A stretch of 64,000 nt of DNA from a virus (lineage: Duplodnaviria > Caudoviricetes), in IMG/VR virus record IMGVR_UViG_3300033066_001625, positions 1-64,000 of that record, one strand, 5' to 3'. Shown piece by piece: positions 8,701 to 17,255 of the stretch (position 1 is the first letter of the stretch; every line of letters begins with the position of its first letter). A program made the position numbers and the translations under genes. The notes below the pieces were generated by a model, which was given only the letters and a program-made list of their open reading frames with translations, did not search any database and was not told the DNA's origin.

Positions 8701-11629
8701 AACTGTAACCATACCAGCTATCAAAGAAAGCTTTGGATCATTATACGATATCAATTGGGTAATATGTGTTAATGATAAGGGAGAATATCAACCAATACCA
8801 TTATTGGATTTTGATCAATGGATCTCTACACCTACCGACCCTACAAGACGTTTCCAAGCAATCAACGTTATAAATGGTTTGCTGTACTACATTGATGCTT
8901 CTACTTTCTCAGATATAGTCAACAAGAGAAAAGATCTAGTACCACTTTATATTGTTTCATCTACTGTTACGGTTTCAACTACTCCAACAGTTACATTAAC
9001 TGTAACAGATGCTAGAAAATATATTAATGATGCTGATAGTAATCTTCCACTAAGATTAACTTCAGATGAAGCTCAGGGAAATTTCAAGAAACCAGAAGCT
9101 ATATTTAACTGGATCAAATACAATAACAAATTCAATGGCACTGCTTTTATCAAAGGAGCAAATGCTGATAACGCTACCATTGCCGCTCGTACATACTTAG
9201 ATTTCACTAACAGTGTGGTAATTGATGGTATTAATGATGCTCTATTAACTATGAATGGAGATGTGGTATTAGGCTCAAATATCACATTTAAGAATTTGGA
9301 TATTGTTTTCAACGGGTTAATTTCTATTCCTGATGGATCCAAAAATATCGTTTTCGATAACTGCAATATTACTGTAAATGTACCATCCACAGCACCAAAC
9401 AATATAGTATTCAGCATTGTAAATGGAGACAATGTTGTTATTAAGGACAGTACATTAAATGTACAATTCACGTCACTATATGATTCAGTAAATACATTTA
9501 GAGGCTCTGTATTCTACCTAAATAACACAATTAATTTCAAAATTGATAACACCGTTATCACCGTTAATTATGTTATTTCTGCCGGTATAGTTACTCCTGG
9601 AAATGTATTTACTTTAGCAAGTTCTCCAATTTGCTCTATTACAAACTCAGTAATTACCGGAAACTTTAACAAGCTAGTGGATATAACTGATTCCAATTTC
9701 TTCAAATTGGTTAATGCTGTTGTAACATCTACATATAATCCTAATGCTGGCGGTACCGCTGATTCATATGATGGTGTATCATATGATCCACTTAATTTGG
9801 TTAATAGCGGTCAAGGATATATTTGCGGTCACGTGACGACTGTGTTAGATGATATTCTTATTGATAACGTCATCTTCAATTATGCTCCAGCAACTAATTC
9901 AAATGATAGATACAGCTTCATCAACTTTGAATTATCCACAATCGCATCAGTATTAAGTAGTTTGCAAATCAAAAATTGTAAATTCATGAACTTGAACGTT
10001 AGTGGCGTCAAAGATGATATTAGGGCGGCTATTTCAATCATCAATACTGCTGCAACTACAAGCCCACCAGCAGTTCAACCGGCACTGTTAAATTCAGTAA
10101 TCAGCAATAATTACTGTAACAAGAATCAAGCAATAGTTCTTACCTCTGTGTTAAAATCTGGAGTCATGCTGTTCCCCAGCTTGACAATACATGGTTGTGA
10201 AATTTCTGATAACATCTGTGGAACTATTGGATACTTAACTGGATCTGAAACTAAGATTATATCTATGTCTCCAGTTGTTAATGTATTCAATGATAAGATG
10301 GCAGGATTAACAATACGCGACAACATTTGTCATTACATTACCAATCTAGATAGTACTGGTAAGTATTTCTTGATGTCTAGAATCGGAGTTTCATCACCAT
10401 TTGTTGGTGTATCTATCAATCAGATACAATACTCAACCGGCAATGTTGATATCATCAGAAACAAATGTAATTGGATTCATACCGGAATTGCATACGAAGA
10501 GAATTCAACCTTAAGAATACTGAATAATACTTTGAGTGCCTATGATACTACATATTTGGTAAATTATGGTGAAAACTTACCAAATGCCATTTACAACCCG
10601 GCATTCCCATTGATCAATGTTTCTTCTAACTATGCAATTTTTGTTAGCTCAAACAAGCACACATTAGTTAATGCTCAAACACCGGGAGAGGGCAGTGATT
10701 CTTGTTGTGTTATTTCAGGAAACGTAACCAATACTGGTTATTGGGATGCTATCAATTTTGCCCCAGTATCTCTTAAGTATGGTTTGGGTTATATCTACTG
10801 TCAATCTTCCTGTACCGTTACTGATAACGTTTTGAAAGGTGTTGGCGAAACTTTCGGATTTGGATCTTTGATTCTTCTGGGAGGAAAAACCAGCATTGTA
10901 GAAAACAATAGAATTTACAGAGGAACTAACTCTATCTTTGCTTACGTAGCATTTGCTAACTTTGAAGCTCCGACGGTTTGGGACGGCGCAGAATCAAAGG
11001 GAGTTATTATGGGTAACTTCTTTGATTCACCGTTCATCAATGACATTCTGCCTCAAACCATAACAACTGATAAAGTTATTAGGTTGGACGATGTTAGCGT
11101 CAACGCCAAGAATTGGATTGCGGAAAGAAATATAAACCAAACTGTAACTACAGCTTTCAATGTTTCGGCAGGACAACACACTTATGGATCATTGCATCGC
11201 GTATTCCCTGGTACAGTACCAGGAGGAACGGATGTGTGGTCTCAAGATGATCCTACGGCAACAGTAAGAATCATATACACCAGCGGTAGCGGATTATTTG
11301 ATAATTATCAGTGGACCATTCCTGTATATGCTTTGATACCAAAGAGAACAAGAATAGTTAAGGCATTTGTAACAGTTACTAATACTGCCATGACTACATT
11401 GAGTAGCCAATATACGTTATCTATTGTAGATCCAGTTGCGGTATTAACAGATTCTGATACTGGTAATTTGCAATTTACTCTGTCAGATAGCTTGATAGTT
11501 ACTCCTTCAACAAATGTCTATCAGAATACGGAAGATGGTACCACCATGGTTAGATTCAATCTAAGTATGCAGAGTGGCAACAGTTTGACCGTATTTATTG
11601 GCAACATACATGTTCAATATCGTTGGTAA
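5735..11629 (+). CDS. Large tail fibre/spike protein with C-terminal parallel beta-helix (pectin-lyase-like) region
   Basis: N-terminal FP..D...NDN...NALRDA...LG fibre-type anchor; C-terminal half rich in I/V-x-x-N-x-I/F beta-helix rungs (e.g. ISDNIC, IRDNIC, IIRNKC, VENNRI). Confidence 0.65.
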   Translation: MSSNFPNDFDDDTTLPPINDNIQDLGAEAINALRDAAFNTQQYLGLGGAGTTSSISERLGISLEPDGSIKPSAIASLGLVTLPITNDQISNSAEIPESKLKLDHRTQDLFNYIQDLSNGINTSLGWISLTGIKLEPHLLGAIYRHELNQIDVNSDPSKYLFNRFNALRNNHDSYTLVNDMNNELLFHQFSDGSGSSSQLITTVGGSTYPSNYGHTASGIWLNTSRFSTIPQTAQDLQQFADFVDSSSIFLLGTRIQNLYTNGISRSSRSSSLITDGYGAPVIPNTAAITYLLNIGSSSFPVDDINVGDDIIELKPLDSEVSSNSFDEKFALVKIGDIIRVNYGTVEVSFVIKEKKYIQNGGVKKFVVRIAGKNLFYTTNASVRIDRPLFNNNKHGVLAIAPVNNIFNEIPSLIIGSPYGAQVLGIGFNPDQLNASHYLLYLALYTTGHPQDGYTVLPAIDVTGNRGRTPGLYTLDSVVEATNTAFRQAGFNYRFIAFSHQGEFGIMLADSYRNAGFSIVSAVIGSDGTYDSLATGVSFPNNVVDVFPGAGTSAIDPLGFGVNGGNWASPLYQTSYESAEAALVPTKIFLPLKRNNFYINGIERDKLALDIDQLVDGYGDGYWNATIQAINVFPGPAPNGRVQVTYRIPLDLSTSGLKVGKTIVVQSAGQGSLVDFGRFIIQDVTFNIPVCPTPTPDTYTDITVFDAVHATGVSPTATLAVGNVVEIGFNAGSVSFNKESSTDFSNVGPFKRHFEVYVDQNGKSFTHERARINASGASFDVNGVPLRTFSELSKLNIIKVSSKLRGYQFGTVNKITLHITDLNNLTGVFVGNLVSYDGLTSTHNGPTTTGKLGQVTRFYDETNIDYIDVLFENNTSIAAFVDQYIDFQLFPTLSLDEEIMLIGTCQVNDVTNTVNYLRDERQFGNTSEKDLSTSALGFISLPEKLLHSNGVLRGFDLQDPGTLTNPNGNQIYLNGGLVLVNGKLISVNNETVTIPAIKESFGSLYDINWVICVNDKGEYQPIPLLDFDQWISTPTDPTRRFQAINVINGLLYYIDASTFSDIVNKRKDLVPLYIVSSTVTVSTTPTVTLTVTDARKYINDADSNLPLRLTSDEAQGNFKKPEAIFNWIKYNNKFNGTAFIKGANADNATIAARTYLDFTNSVVIDGINDALLTMNGDVVLGSNITFKNLDIVFNGLISIPDGSKNIVFDNCNITVNVPSTAPNNIVFSIVNGDNVVIKDSTLNVQFTSLYDSVNTFRGSVFYLNNTINFKIDNTVITVNYVISAGIVTPGNVFTLASSPICSITNSVITGNFNKLVDITDSNFFKLVNAVVTSTYNPNAGGTADSYDGVSYDPLNLVNSGQGYICGHVTTVLDDILIDNVIFNYAPATNSNDRYSFINFELSTIASVLSSLQIKNCKFMNLNVSGVKDDIRAAISIINTAATTSPPAVQPALLNSVISNNYCNKNQAIVLTSVLKSGVMLFPSLTIHGCEISDNICGTIGYLTGSETKIISMSPVVNVFNDKMAGLTIRDNICHYITNLDSTGKYFLMSRIGVSSPFVGVSINQIQYSTGNVDIIRNKCNWIHTGIAYEENSTLRILNNTLSAYDTTYLVNYGENLPNAIYNPAFPLINVSSNYAIFVSSNKHTLVNAQTPGEGSDSCCVISGNVTNTGYWDAINFAPVSLKYGLGYIYCQSSCTVTDNVLKGVGETFGFGSLILLGGKTSIVENNRIYRGTNSIFAYVAFANFEAPTVWDGAESKGVIMGNFFDSPFINDILPQTITTDKVIRLDDVSVNAKNWIAERNINQTVTTAFNVSAGQHTYGSLHRVFPGTVPGGTDVWSQDDPTATVRIIYTSGSGLFDNYQWTIPVYALIPKRTRIVKAFVTVTNTAMTTLSSQYTLSIVDPVAVLTDSDTGNLQFTLSDSLIVTPSTNVYQNTEDGTTMVRFNLSMQSGNSLTVFIGNIHVQYRW

Positions 11630-11638
11630 AGGAATTTC

Positions 11639-12466
11639 ATGAGTTCGGGAAATTTTTTCAAAAGTGATTTGTTTCCACTTCACAATATTATACAAGCCTC
11701 CATGCTCGTATATCCAAAAGAGATTATTATCTCCACCTTAAAAGATTTCTTTTCTAAAGATAGTTACTACCATTATTCTAAAGATCAATGGGGTTTTGCT
11801 AATACTACTGACCACACTGATCTTCCTCCTGGGGCGGATTTGCCTTCCGGACCAGGGGCACAACCTTCTCTAAGCAATACCATTAATCTAAGCACGCGCG
11901 TATTTATTGGAGAAAACTATAGATATGACGGCATTTATTATCCAGCCATTTTAGTAAAAAGTGGTGGTAGTAGATACGTTCCTATTTCTATCAATAGAGA
12001 TCAGAGCAGTGTGCAATATGAGAATATGATATTTGAAGACGGTTATGGAAATCAAAAAATAATCAGTAAACCAAAAACTTTTATCACAGCTGGGGCTTGG
12101 GAAGGATCAGTGATAATTGATGTTATGACCAGAAGTTTAAGATCAAGAGATGATTTATCTGAATTAATAGCAATGTGTTTTACTGAAATCAATTTTGATA
12201 CTTTAGTTGATGTTGGAGTTATAGTTAAACCAATCAATATTGGTGCACCATCTGAAACAGATGATAGAAATGATAAGTTATTTAGGCAAACTCTAACATT
12301 AGATATAAGAACGGAATGGCGTAGAGAAATACCGGTCGACAGTGTGGTTGATACCATTTTATTTACCATGAATTTTGCCAATTTATCAAAACCCGACAGT
12401 CCTCCAGCTGCTAATTTAACTATCAATACCTCAGTTAGCATCACAGACTTACTACTAGAACTATAA
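11639..12466 (+). CDS. Tail completion/terminator-like protein
   Basis: Lies immediately upstream of the sheath; size and beta-rich C-terminus fit gp15/gpU-like proteins. Inferred mainly from synteny. Confidence 0.5.
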   Translation: MSSGNFFKSDLFPLHNIIQASMLVYPKEIIISTLKDFFSKDSYYHYSKDQWGFANTTDHTDLPPGADLPSGPGAQPSLSNTINLSTRVFIGENYRYDGIYYPAILVKSGGSRYVPISINRDQSSVQYENMIFEDGYGNQKIISKPKTFITAGAWEGSVIIDVMTRSLRSRDDLSELIAMCFTEINFDTLVDVGVIVKPINIGAPSETDDRNDKLFRQTLTLDIRTEWRREIPVDSVVDTILFTMNFANLSKPDSPPAANLTINTSVSITDLLLEL

Positions 12467-12471
12467 ATCAA

Positions 12472-12494
12472 ATGATTTGTATGGTACAAATCAT
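12472..12494. terminator. Perfect 10-bp inverted repeat (hairpin) after the tail completion gene
   Basis: ATGATTTGTA-TGG-TACAAATCAT. No clear U-tract, so the terminator role is uncertain. Confidence 0.4.
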
Positions 12495-12605
12495 GATGGT
12501 TAAGTACCCTGATAAATAGACAAAACTCACTAATATATCCACCCTGATAGGAATATTAATACATTTTAATGATACAATCTACAAAAGTGTAAAAGGACTT
12601 CAATT

Positions 12606-12659
12606 ATGTTGGATCGCTCTACGAAAGCAATAGAGAAAATCTTTAGAGGAGAAAAATAA
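12606..12659 (+). CDS. Possible 17-aa leader peptide coupled to the sheath gene
   Basis: AAGGA RBS, ATG 12606, MLDRSTKAIEKIFRGEK*; its TAA overlaps the sheath ATG (TAATG). Confidence 0.25.
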   Translation: MLDRSTKAIEKIFRGEK

Positions 12660-15421
12660 TGGCAAATCAACCTGGAGGAGCCGGTTTAATACCAGGCGTA
12701 ACAACTGACGTAATTACTGCATCACGTGGAACGTCAATTCCTGGAGGGTCACGTGTTGCTGCTATGATAGGTGAAGGTTCAACAGATGAAACCCTTGTAT
12801 CACAGGCAAATGGTGGTGGTAGCGATGGTTTGAATCCTACCTACTCATCTACATCAGGCGCTGACGGTAGACACTTCCAACTATCAAACTTCCCACTAAT
12901 TTCTAACAGAACGACACTTTTCAAGAATGGTGTCCCACTAGTTGGTTTAGAATCACTTATTGATTCTAATCCATTTAGCAACAGCTATGACTACAGAATT
13001 GATATCTCTTCTGGAAAAGTTGAATTACAAAGAGCGCACCTTGTAGATCAAGGTGGTGCATTCTATGTTCCACTATCTACTAACGTTGGTTTGGGAACAG
13101 TTAACAATCTAACTTTGGTTGATGCTAACGCTCCACCAGAGACTTGGACTATTAGATGCGTGTCTGTTCAAAGAAATGTTTTGAATCAACCAGTTGCCGG
13201 AACCGCTAAGTTTTTGGCTATCGGTTCTATTTCTGGCTCCAAGCTAGACGCAAATGGTAATCCAATTATTTGGGTTGCCAACGATCAAGTTGTCAGCAAT
13301 GGCATTTTAAGATTCTCCATTGCAGAAACTACAGTTATGTCTGTAGTCACTTCTCCATTTAGAGAAGGTGATGCTTTCACCGTTAAGATTAACAGCGGTG
13401 TATTAGTTAGAAGCGATTCTTTAACTGCCAATTACATTCCATCTCTTTTCTTAAATGATCCTGTTTTGACTCAAGGTATGGGAGATGTAGTTGTTAGACA
13501 CGGATTCCCAAGCTTGACCAATAACTTGGCGCTAGGTGCTCAATTAGCTTATGCTAACAATGCCCCAACCTTAATCACAGTTCAAGCAGCCCCACCAATG
13601 CCAAGAAGAAAATCTTACATTCTAGAAGATGCTGTCAATTCAGCTTCATTGAATAAAGATGATTTTATCTTCCCATTGCCATTAGGAGTAACTCCAGATT
13701 TTAACTCCAATATCCACTTCTTTATCAAGAACAACTCTACTAACGTAGAAACTCAGATTCTTCCTAACAAGTTGGACTTCTATACCTTGGATACTTCTGG
13801 TAATCCAACCACCAATCAATTCATCTTTGATGATACTCCAGCCCCAGGCGGATTCTCATACTTCTATACTGTTGTGCAGAGCCTAGCAGTTATGGCAACC
13901 GGAGAAGATGGTTATGTTGGTAGAAATCCTGCTTTCAGTGACAAGGGTGTATTCAATGCATCTATTGTGTTCGATTCATCTCATGTCGGAAAGACTTTGA
14001 AGATTATTGATGCTGTTAACGTAGCTAATATTGGTTCTTACACCATTGACGCAGTTAGTGGTGGTCAGTTGTATGTAACTCACGAAACCTTCCCAGATTT
14101 CGTTACAGAATCTCCAACCACTTTCGAAGTCATTGATGTTTCTACTGGACTTCCAGTTAGCGGTGGTTCAGGTACTGACGGAACCTTGGTTGCTTTGATC
14201 AGCACTGCTACAGCAACTTTGAATTCTTCAGCTGTAGACTTCAGCACAATCACTAGTTTACTTACTCGTAGATTACAAATCAATGGTTCAGCCGATAATA
14301 ACGGCTTGTATGATATCATTGGATACGATAGCTTTACCAACACCATTACAATTAGCAAAGCACTTGTTAATGAAACTGGTATGAGATATGAAGTATTGGA
14401 TTCAAGCAATGTCAGCAATTATGTAGTTATCAATCATAACGTAGTACCAATTGGATTTGGATTGAGAGTTACTTTGGTGGACGCCAAGGAAGCATCTTTC
14501 TACGATGCTGGATGGATCAATGCACTTGCTTCTTTAGAAGTAGTAGAGTGTGATATTTTGGTACCACTACCAAAGCAAACTATCTCTGTTATCTTCCAGA
14601 ACGCTCTATCACATTGTAAGTCTATGAGCAATATTCGTAACAAGAAAGAAAGAGTATTGTTCATCGGAGCAATCAATGGATTGTTACCTGAGAATTTGAC
14701 TGGAGCCAAGCCTGCCGCCGTAGAAGATATTGGTGTTCTAGAAGGAATTCAAGGAGAAACTATTACTGATGTTCTGGCAGGAAACGTAGAAGACCTTGCA
14801 AACTACTCAGTACCAAATGCTTTCGGTAATACTTACAGATGTGTATATTTCTATCCTGATCAAATTGTTGTACAAGCTGGTTCAGATAATGTCTTAATTG
14901 ACGGATTCTATCTTGCCGCTGCCGCTGCCGGATATGAATCAGCAGATGTAAGAATTGAAAACCCACTAACCAACAAAGTATTCTCTGGATTCACTATCCT
15001 AAGAAACAAGACACTTTCTACAGCTACACTTGAGCAATTAGCAGCTGCCGGTGTTTGCACCTTACAACCAGTTGCGGGTGGAGGTAGAGTAATTTGGGGA
15101 TTAACTACATCTCAAAGCGGCTTCGTTGAAGAGCAAGAAATCTCTATCGTTTTCATTAGAGATAGAGTTGCTAAGACACTAAGAGCTGGTTTTGCTGGTT
15201 ACATTGGTTTGCCACAAGATAAGAACACTGGAGCAGTATTGAATACTCGCGCAGTTATCTTGTTAAACTCTTTGGTATCTCAAGGATTGATCACTAACTA
15301 CGCCGATCTAAGCGTAGTACAAGATGACGTAGATCCAACACAATGGAATATTTCTGTAAGAGTACAACCAAGCTATCCAGTCAACTTCATTTACATTAAG
15401 GTAAGTGTAGGACAAATATAA
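12659..15421 (+). CDS. Contractile tail sheath protein (enlarged, 920 aa)
   Basis: C-terminal sheath signature GRVIWGLTT...EISIVFIRDRV...WNISVRVQPSYPVNFIYIKVSV; GAGGAG RBS; followed by the tube gene. Confidence 0.93.
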   Translation: MANQPGGAGLIPGVTTDVITASRGTSIPGGSRVAAMIGEGSTDETLVSQANGGGSDGLNPTYSSTSGADGRHFQLSNFPLISNRTTLFKNGVPLVGLESLIDSNPFSNSYDYRIDISSGKVELQRAHLVDQGGAFYVPLSTNVGLGTVNNLTLVDANAPPETWTIRCVSVQRNVLNQPVAGTAKFLAIGSISGSKLDANGNPIIWVANDQVVSNGILRFSIAETTVMSVVTSPFREGDAFTVKINSGVLVRSDSLTANYIPSLFLNDPVLTQGMGDVVVRHGFPSLTNNLALGAQLAYANNAPTLITVQAAPPMPRRKSYILEDAVNSASLNKDDFIFPLPLGVTPDFNSNIHFFIKNNSTNVETQILPNKLDFYTLDTSGNPTTNQFIFDDTPAPGGFSYFYTVVQSLAVMATGEDGYVGRNPAFSDKGVFNASIVFDSSHVGKTLKIIDAVNVANIGSYTIDAVSGGQLYVTHETFPDFVTESPTTFEVIDVSTGLPVSGGSGTDGTLVALISTATATLNSSAVDFSTITSLLTRRLQINGSADNNGLYDIIGYDSFTNTITISKALVNETGMRYEVLDSSNVSNYVVINHNVVPIGFGLRVTLVDAKEASFYDAGWINALASLEVVECDILVPLPKQTISVIFQNALSHCKSMSNIRNKKERVLFIGAINGLLPENLTGAKPAAVEDIGVLEGIQGETITDVLAGNVEDLANYSVPNAFGNTYRCVYFYPDQIVVQAGSDNVLIDGFYLAAAAAGYESADVRIENPLTNKVFSGFTILRNKTLSTATLEQLAAAGVCTLQPVAGGGRVIWGLTTSQSGFVEEQEISIVFIRDRVAKTLRAGFAGYIGLPQDKNTGAVLNTRAVILLNSLVSQGLITNYADLSVVQDDVDPTQWNISVRVQPSYPVNFIYIKVSVGQI

Positions 15422-15435
15422 TTAGGGAGATATAA

Positions 15436-16134
15436 ATGGCTACAGCACCAAATACTAGCTCTACGCTAACACTACCAAATGGTGTTAACAAGACCAGTAC
15501 AGCCTTATCAACAAATATAATCATTTTGGTCAACAACACTGCTGTTGGAGCAATTCAATCTATGGCTATCTCTGAGAAGAGACAAATCAGAATGATTGAT
15601 GAAGTTGGAACTGACGGTCATATTGATTCAGTACCAACTGCCTCTACCAACATCACTGGAACTTGCCAGAGAATTAGATTTGATAGATTAAGGATTACCG
15701 AAGCATTTAGTAGAGGCTTCTTGCATGCCGCTTCACAAGTTTATCCATTTGATATTGTTATCTTGGATAAACAGAAGAGAGATCAAGGTAGTCAAATATC
15801 TACTGTTATCAAAAATGTTTGGATTTCTGGTCTAGATTACACTTACCAGGCTAACGATTGGATTATCACTGATTCTATGCAATGGGAAGCTGAAAATATC
15901 TTTAGCATACTTAACGGTGGATCTTCTCCAATTCCAGGAGGCGTGCCAGCCGCAGTCGGTGGAGAAAGAGGAATTCTACATATGGGCGCAGGTCCAAACG
16001 GAGTTCTTAACATCACCAGCGGAGATGGCGTCGTTAACATCGAACAATTAGTTGACACTGGTTCTAATGGCAGAAGAGGTTCTCTTGACGCTTCTGGTTT
16101 GATTGATATCGGTTCATCAGGTAACTTGTTCTAA
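15436..16134 (+). CDS. Tail tube protein
   Basis: Directly follows the sheath; tube-type pattern IIILVNNTAVGAIQSMAISE...EVGTDG...ITGTCQR. Confidence 0.85.
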   Translation: MATAPNTSSTLTLPNGVNKTSTALSTNIIILVNNTAVGAIQSMAISEKRQIRMIDEVGTDGHIDSVPTASTNITGTCQRIRFDRLRITEAFSRGFLHAASQVYPFDIVILDKQKRDQGSQISTVIKNVWISGLDYTYQANDWIITDSMQWEAENIFSILNGGSSPIPGGVPAAVGGERGILHMGAGPNGVLNITSGDGVVNIEQLVDTGSNGRRGSLDASGLIDIGSSGNLF

Positions 16135-16166
16135 GATAAACTCTCTCATAAATCCCTAGTTAGCTA

Positions 16167-16207
16167 AAATTATCCTATAATTGATATATTCAGTTATAGG
16201 ATAATTT
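16167..16207. repeat. Long inverted repeat/hairpin between the tube and chaperone genes
   Basis: AAATTATCCTATAA (16167-16180) pairs perfectly with TTATAGGATAATTT (16194-16207); inner TTGA/TCAG pairing closes a TATAT loop. Confidence 0.8.
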
Positions 16208-16224
16208 ATTTTGTGGAGTTGATA

Positions 16225-16893
16225 ATGCCTGGTTTTGATAGCCCTTTAGGAAATAAGAAGTTTGGTGGTCCCGGAATGAGAGAAATTGATATTCCAGATG
16301 AAAGTGGAATGACGCCCGAGAATATAGTAAATCCGGTAGTTAGAAGAAGAGCGGCATTGCCTCCATTGGATGAATCTGCTATTCAAAGCTTTCAAAGTAG
16401 AATTCAAGAAGCAGAACAAGATCCTGCCGAAATAGAAAGAGAATTCAGAGAGGCTAGAAAAGCCAAAATTTCTGGAAAAGAAAAGTTAAATGATGGTGCT
16501 AAAAGAAGACTCGAAATGCTTCTTAATATGACTCGCACTACTCATGATGTGAAAATTGATGGAAATGTTTTTGTTTTACAAACTCTTTCTGGCAAATCAA
16601 TGAGTGAAGCTATCATGGCGGCATCAGAATACGATGGAACAGTTCAATCTCCTTTTGAAGTTAGAAGACAATTTTTAGCTCGTTCTCTAGTAGAAATTGC
16701 TGGTGTTAGTTTCTCTCAATTTGTCGGATCAGAAGATCTAGAAGTTAAACTATCATTTATTGATGAATTACCTGAACCTTTGCTTAATAGATTGTATGAT
16801 GAATATTTGAAGATGGCAGAAATTGCTAAGAGCAGGTATTCCATAAAGAATGAAATGGAAGCAAAGGAGATAATTGAAGATTTAAAAAAATAA
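16225..16893 (+). CDS. Tail assembly chaperone (G-like)
   Basis: Lies between tube and tape measure; GGAG RBS before ATG 16225; ends in a slippery sequence. Confidence 0.8.
   Translation: MPGFDSPLGNKKFGGPGMREIDIPDESGMTPENIVNPVVRRRAALPPLDESAIQSFQSRIQEAEQDPAEIEREFREARKAKISGKEKLNDGAKRRLEMLLNMTRTTHDVKIDGNVFVLQTLSGKSMSEAIMAASEYDGTVQSPFEVRRQFLARSLVEIAGVSFSQFVGSEDLEVKLSFIDELPEPLLNRLYDEYLKMAEIAKSRYSIKNEMEAKEIIEDLKK
16881..16890 (+). other. Programmed -1 ribosomal frameshift site (TTTAAAAAAA)
   Basis: GAT TTA AAA AAA TAA gives T-TTA-AAA and A-AAA-AAA heptamers. The -1 frame is open from 16878 to 17252 and is closed just upstream by TGA at 16875. Confidence 0.85.
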
Positions 16894-17252
16894 TACACGA
16901 ATCGGATCATCGCTTTACATGGTATTTGTGTAAAGAGATTTTTAAGACTACTCCCGATGATCCTAGAATAGTAGACATGGATCCGATTCAAAAAATATGG
17001 ATGTATGAAAACTGGTTAGCAGATCAGAATGAAAATGCTGAACTAGCTAAAAATCACGCATACTTATTAGCATCATTCTGGAATCCAGAGGCTGTCAAAC
17101 AATTAATAGGTGAAGGTAATGTACATGCCTCTACTGATGAAGAGTTCGAAGAATCTACTAGAATGGTCAAAGAAATCAATGAACAACTAGAGCAACAAAA
17201 GAATGCCAAGCAGGTAAAGAGAAAGAGGCGTCGTCCTGTGAAACAAGGATAA
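16884..17252 (+). CDS. Tail assembly chaperone frameshift extension (GT-like, fused to 16225-16890)
   Basis: The -1 frame reads KKIIHESDHRFTWYLCKEIFKTTPDDP...; the track's TTG start at 16926 has no RBS. Confidence 0.8.
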   Translation, partial: KKIIHESDHRFTWYLCKEIFKTTPDDPRIVDMDPIQKIWMYENWLADQNENAELAKNHAYLLASFWNPEAVKQLIGEGNVHASTDEEFEESTRMVKEINEQLEQQKNAKQVKRKRRRPVKQG

Positions 17253-17255
17253 TAA

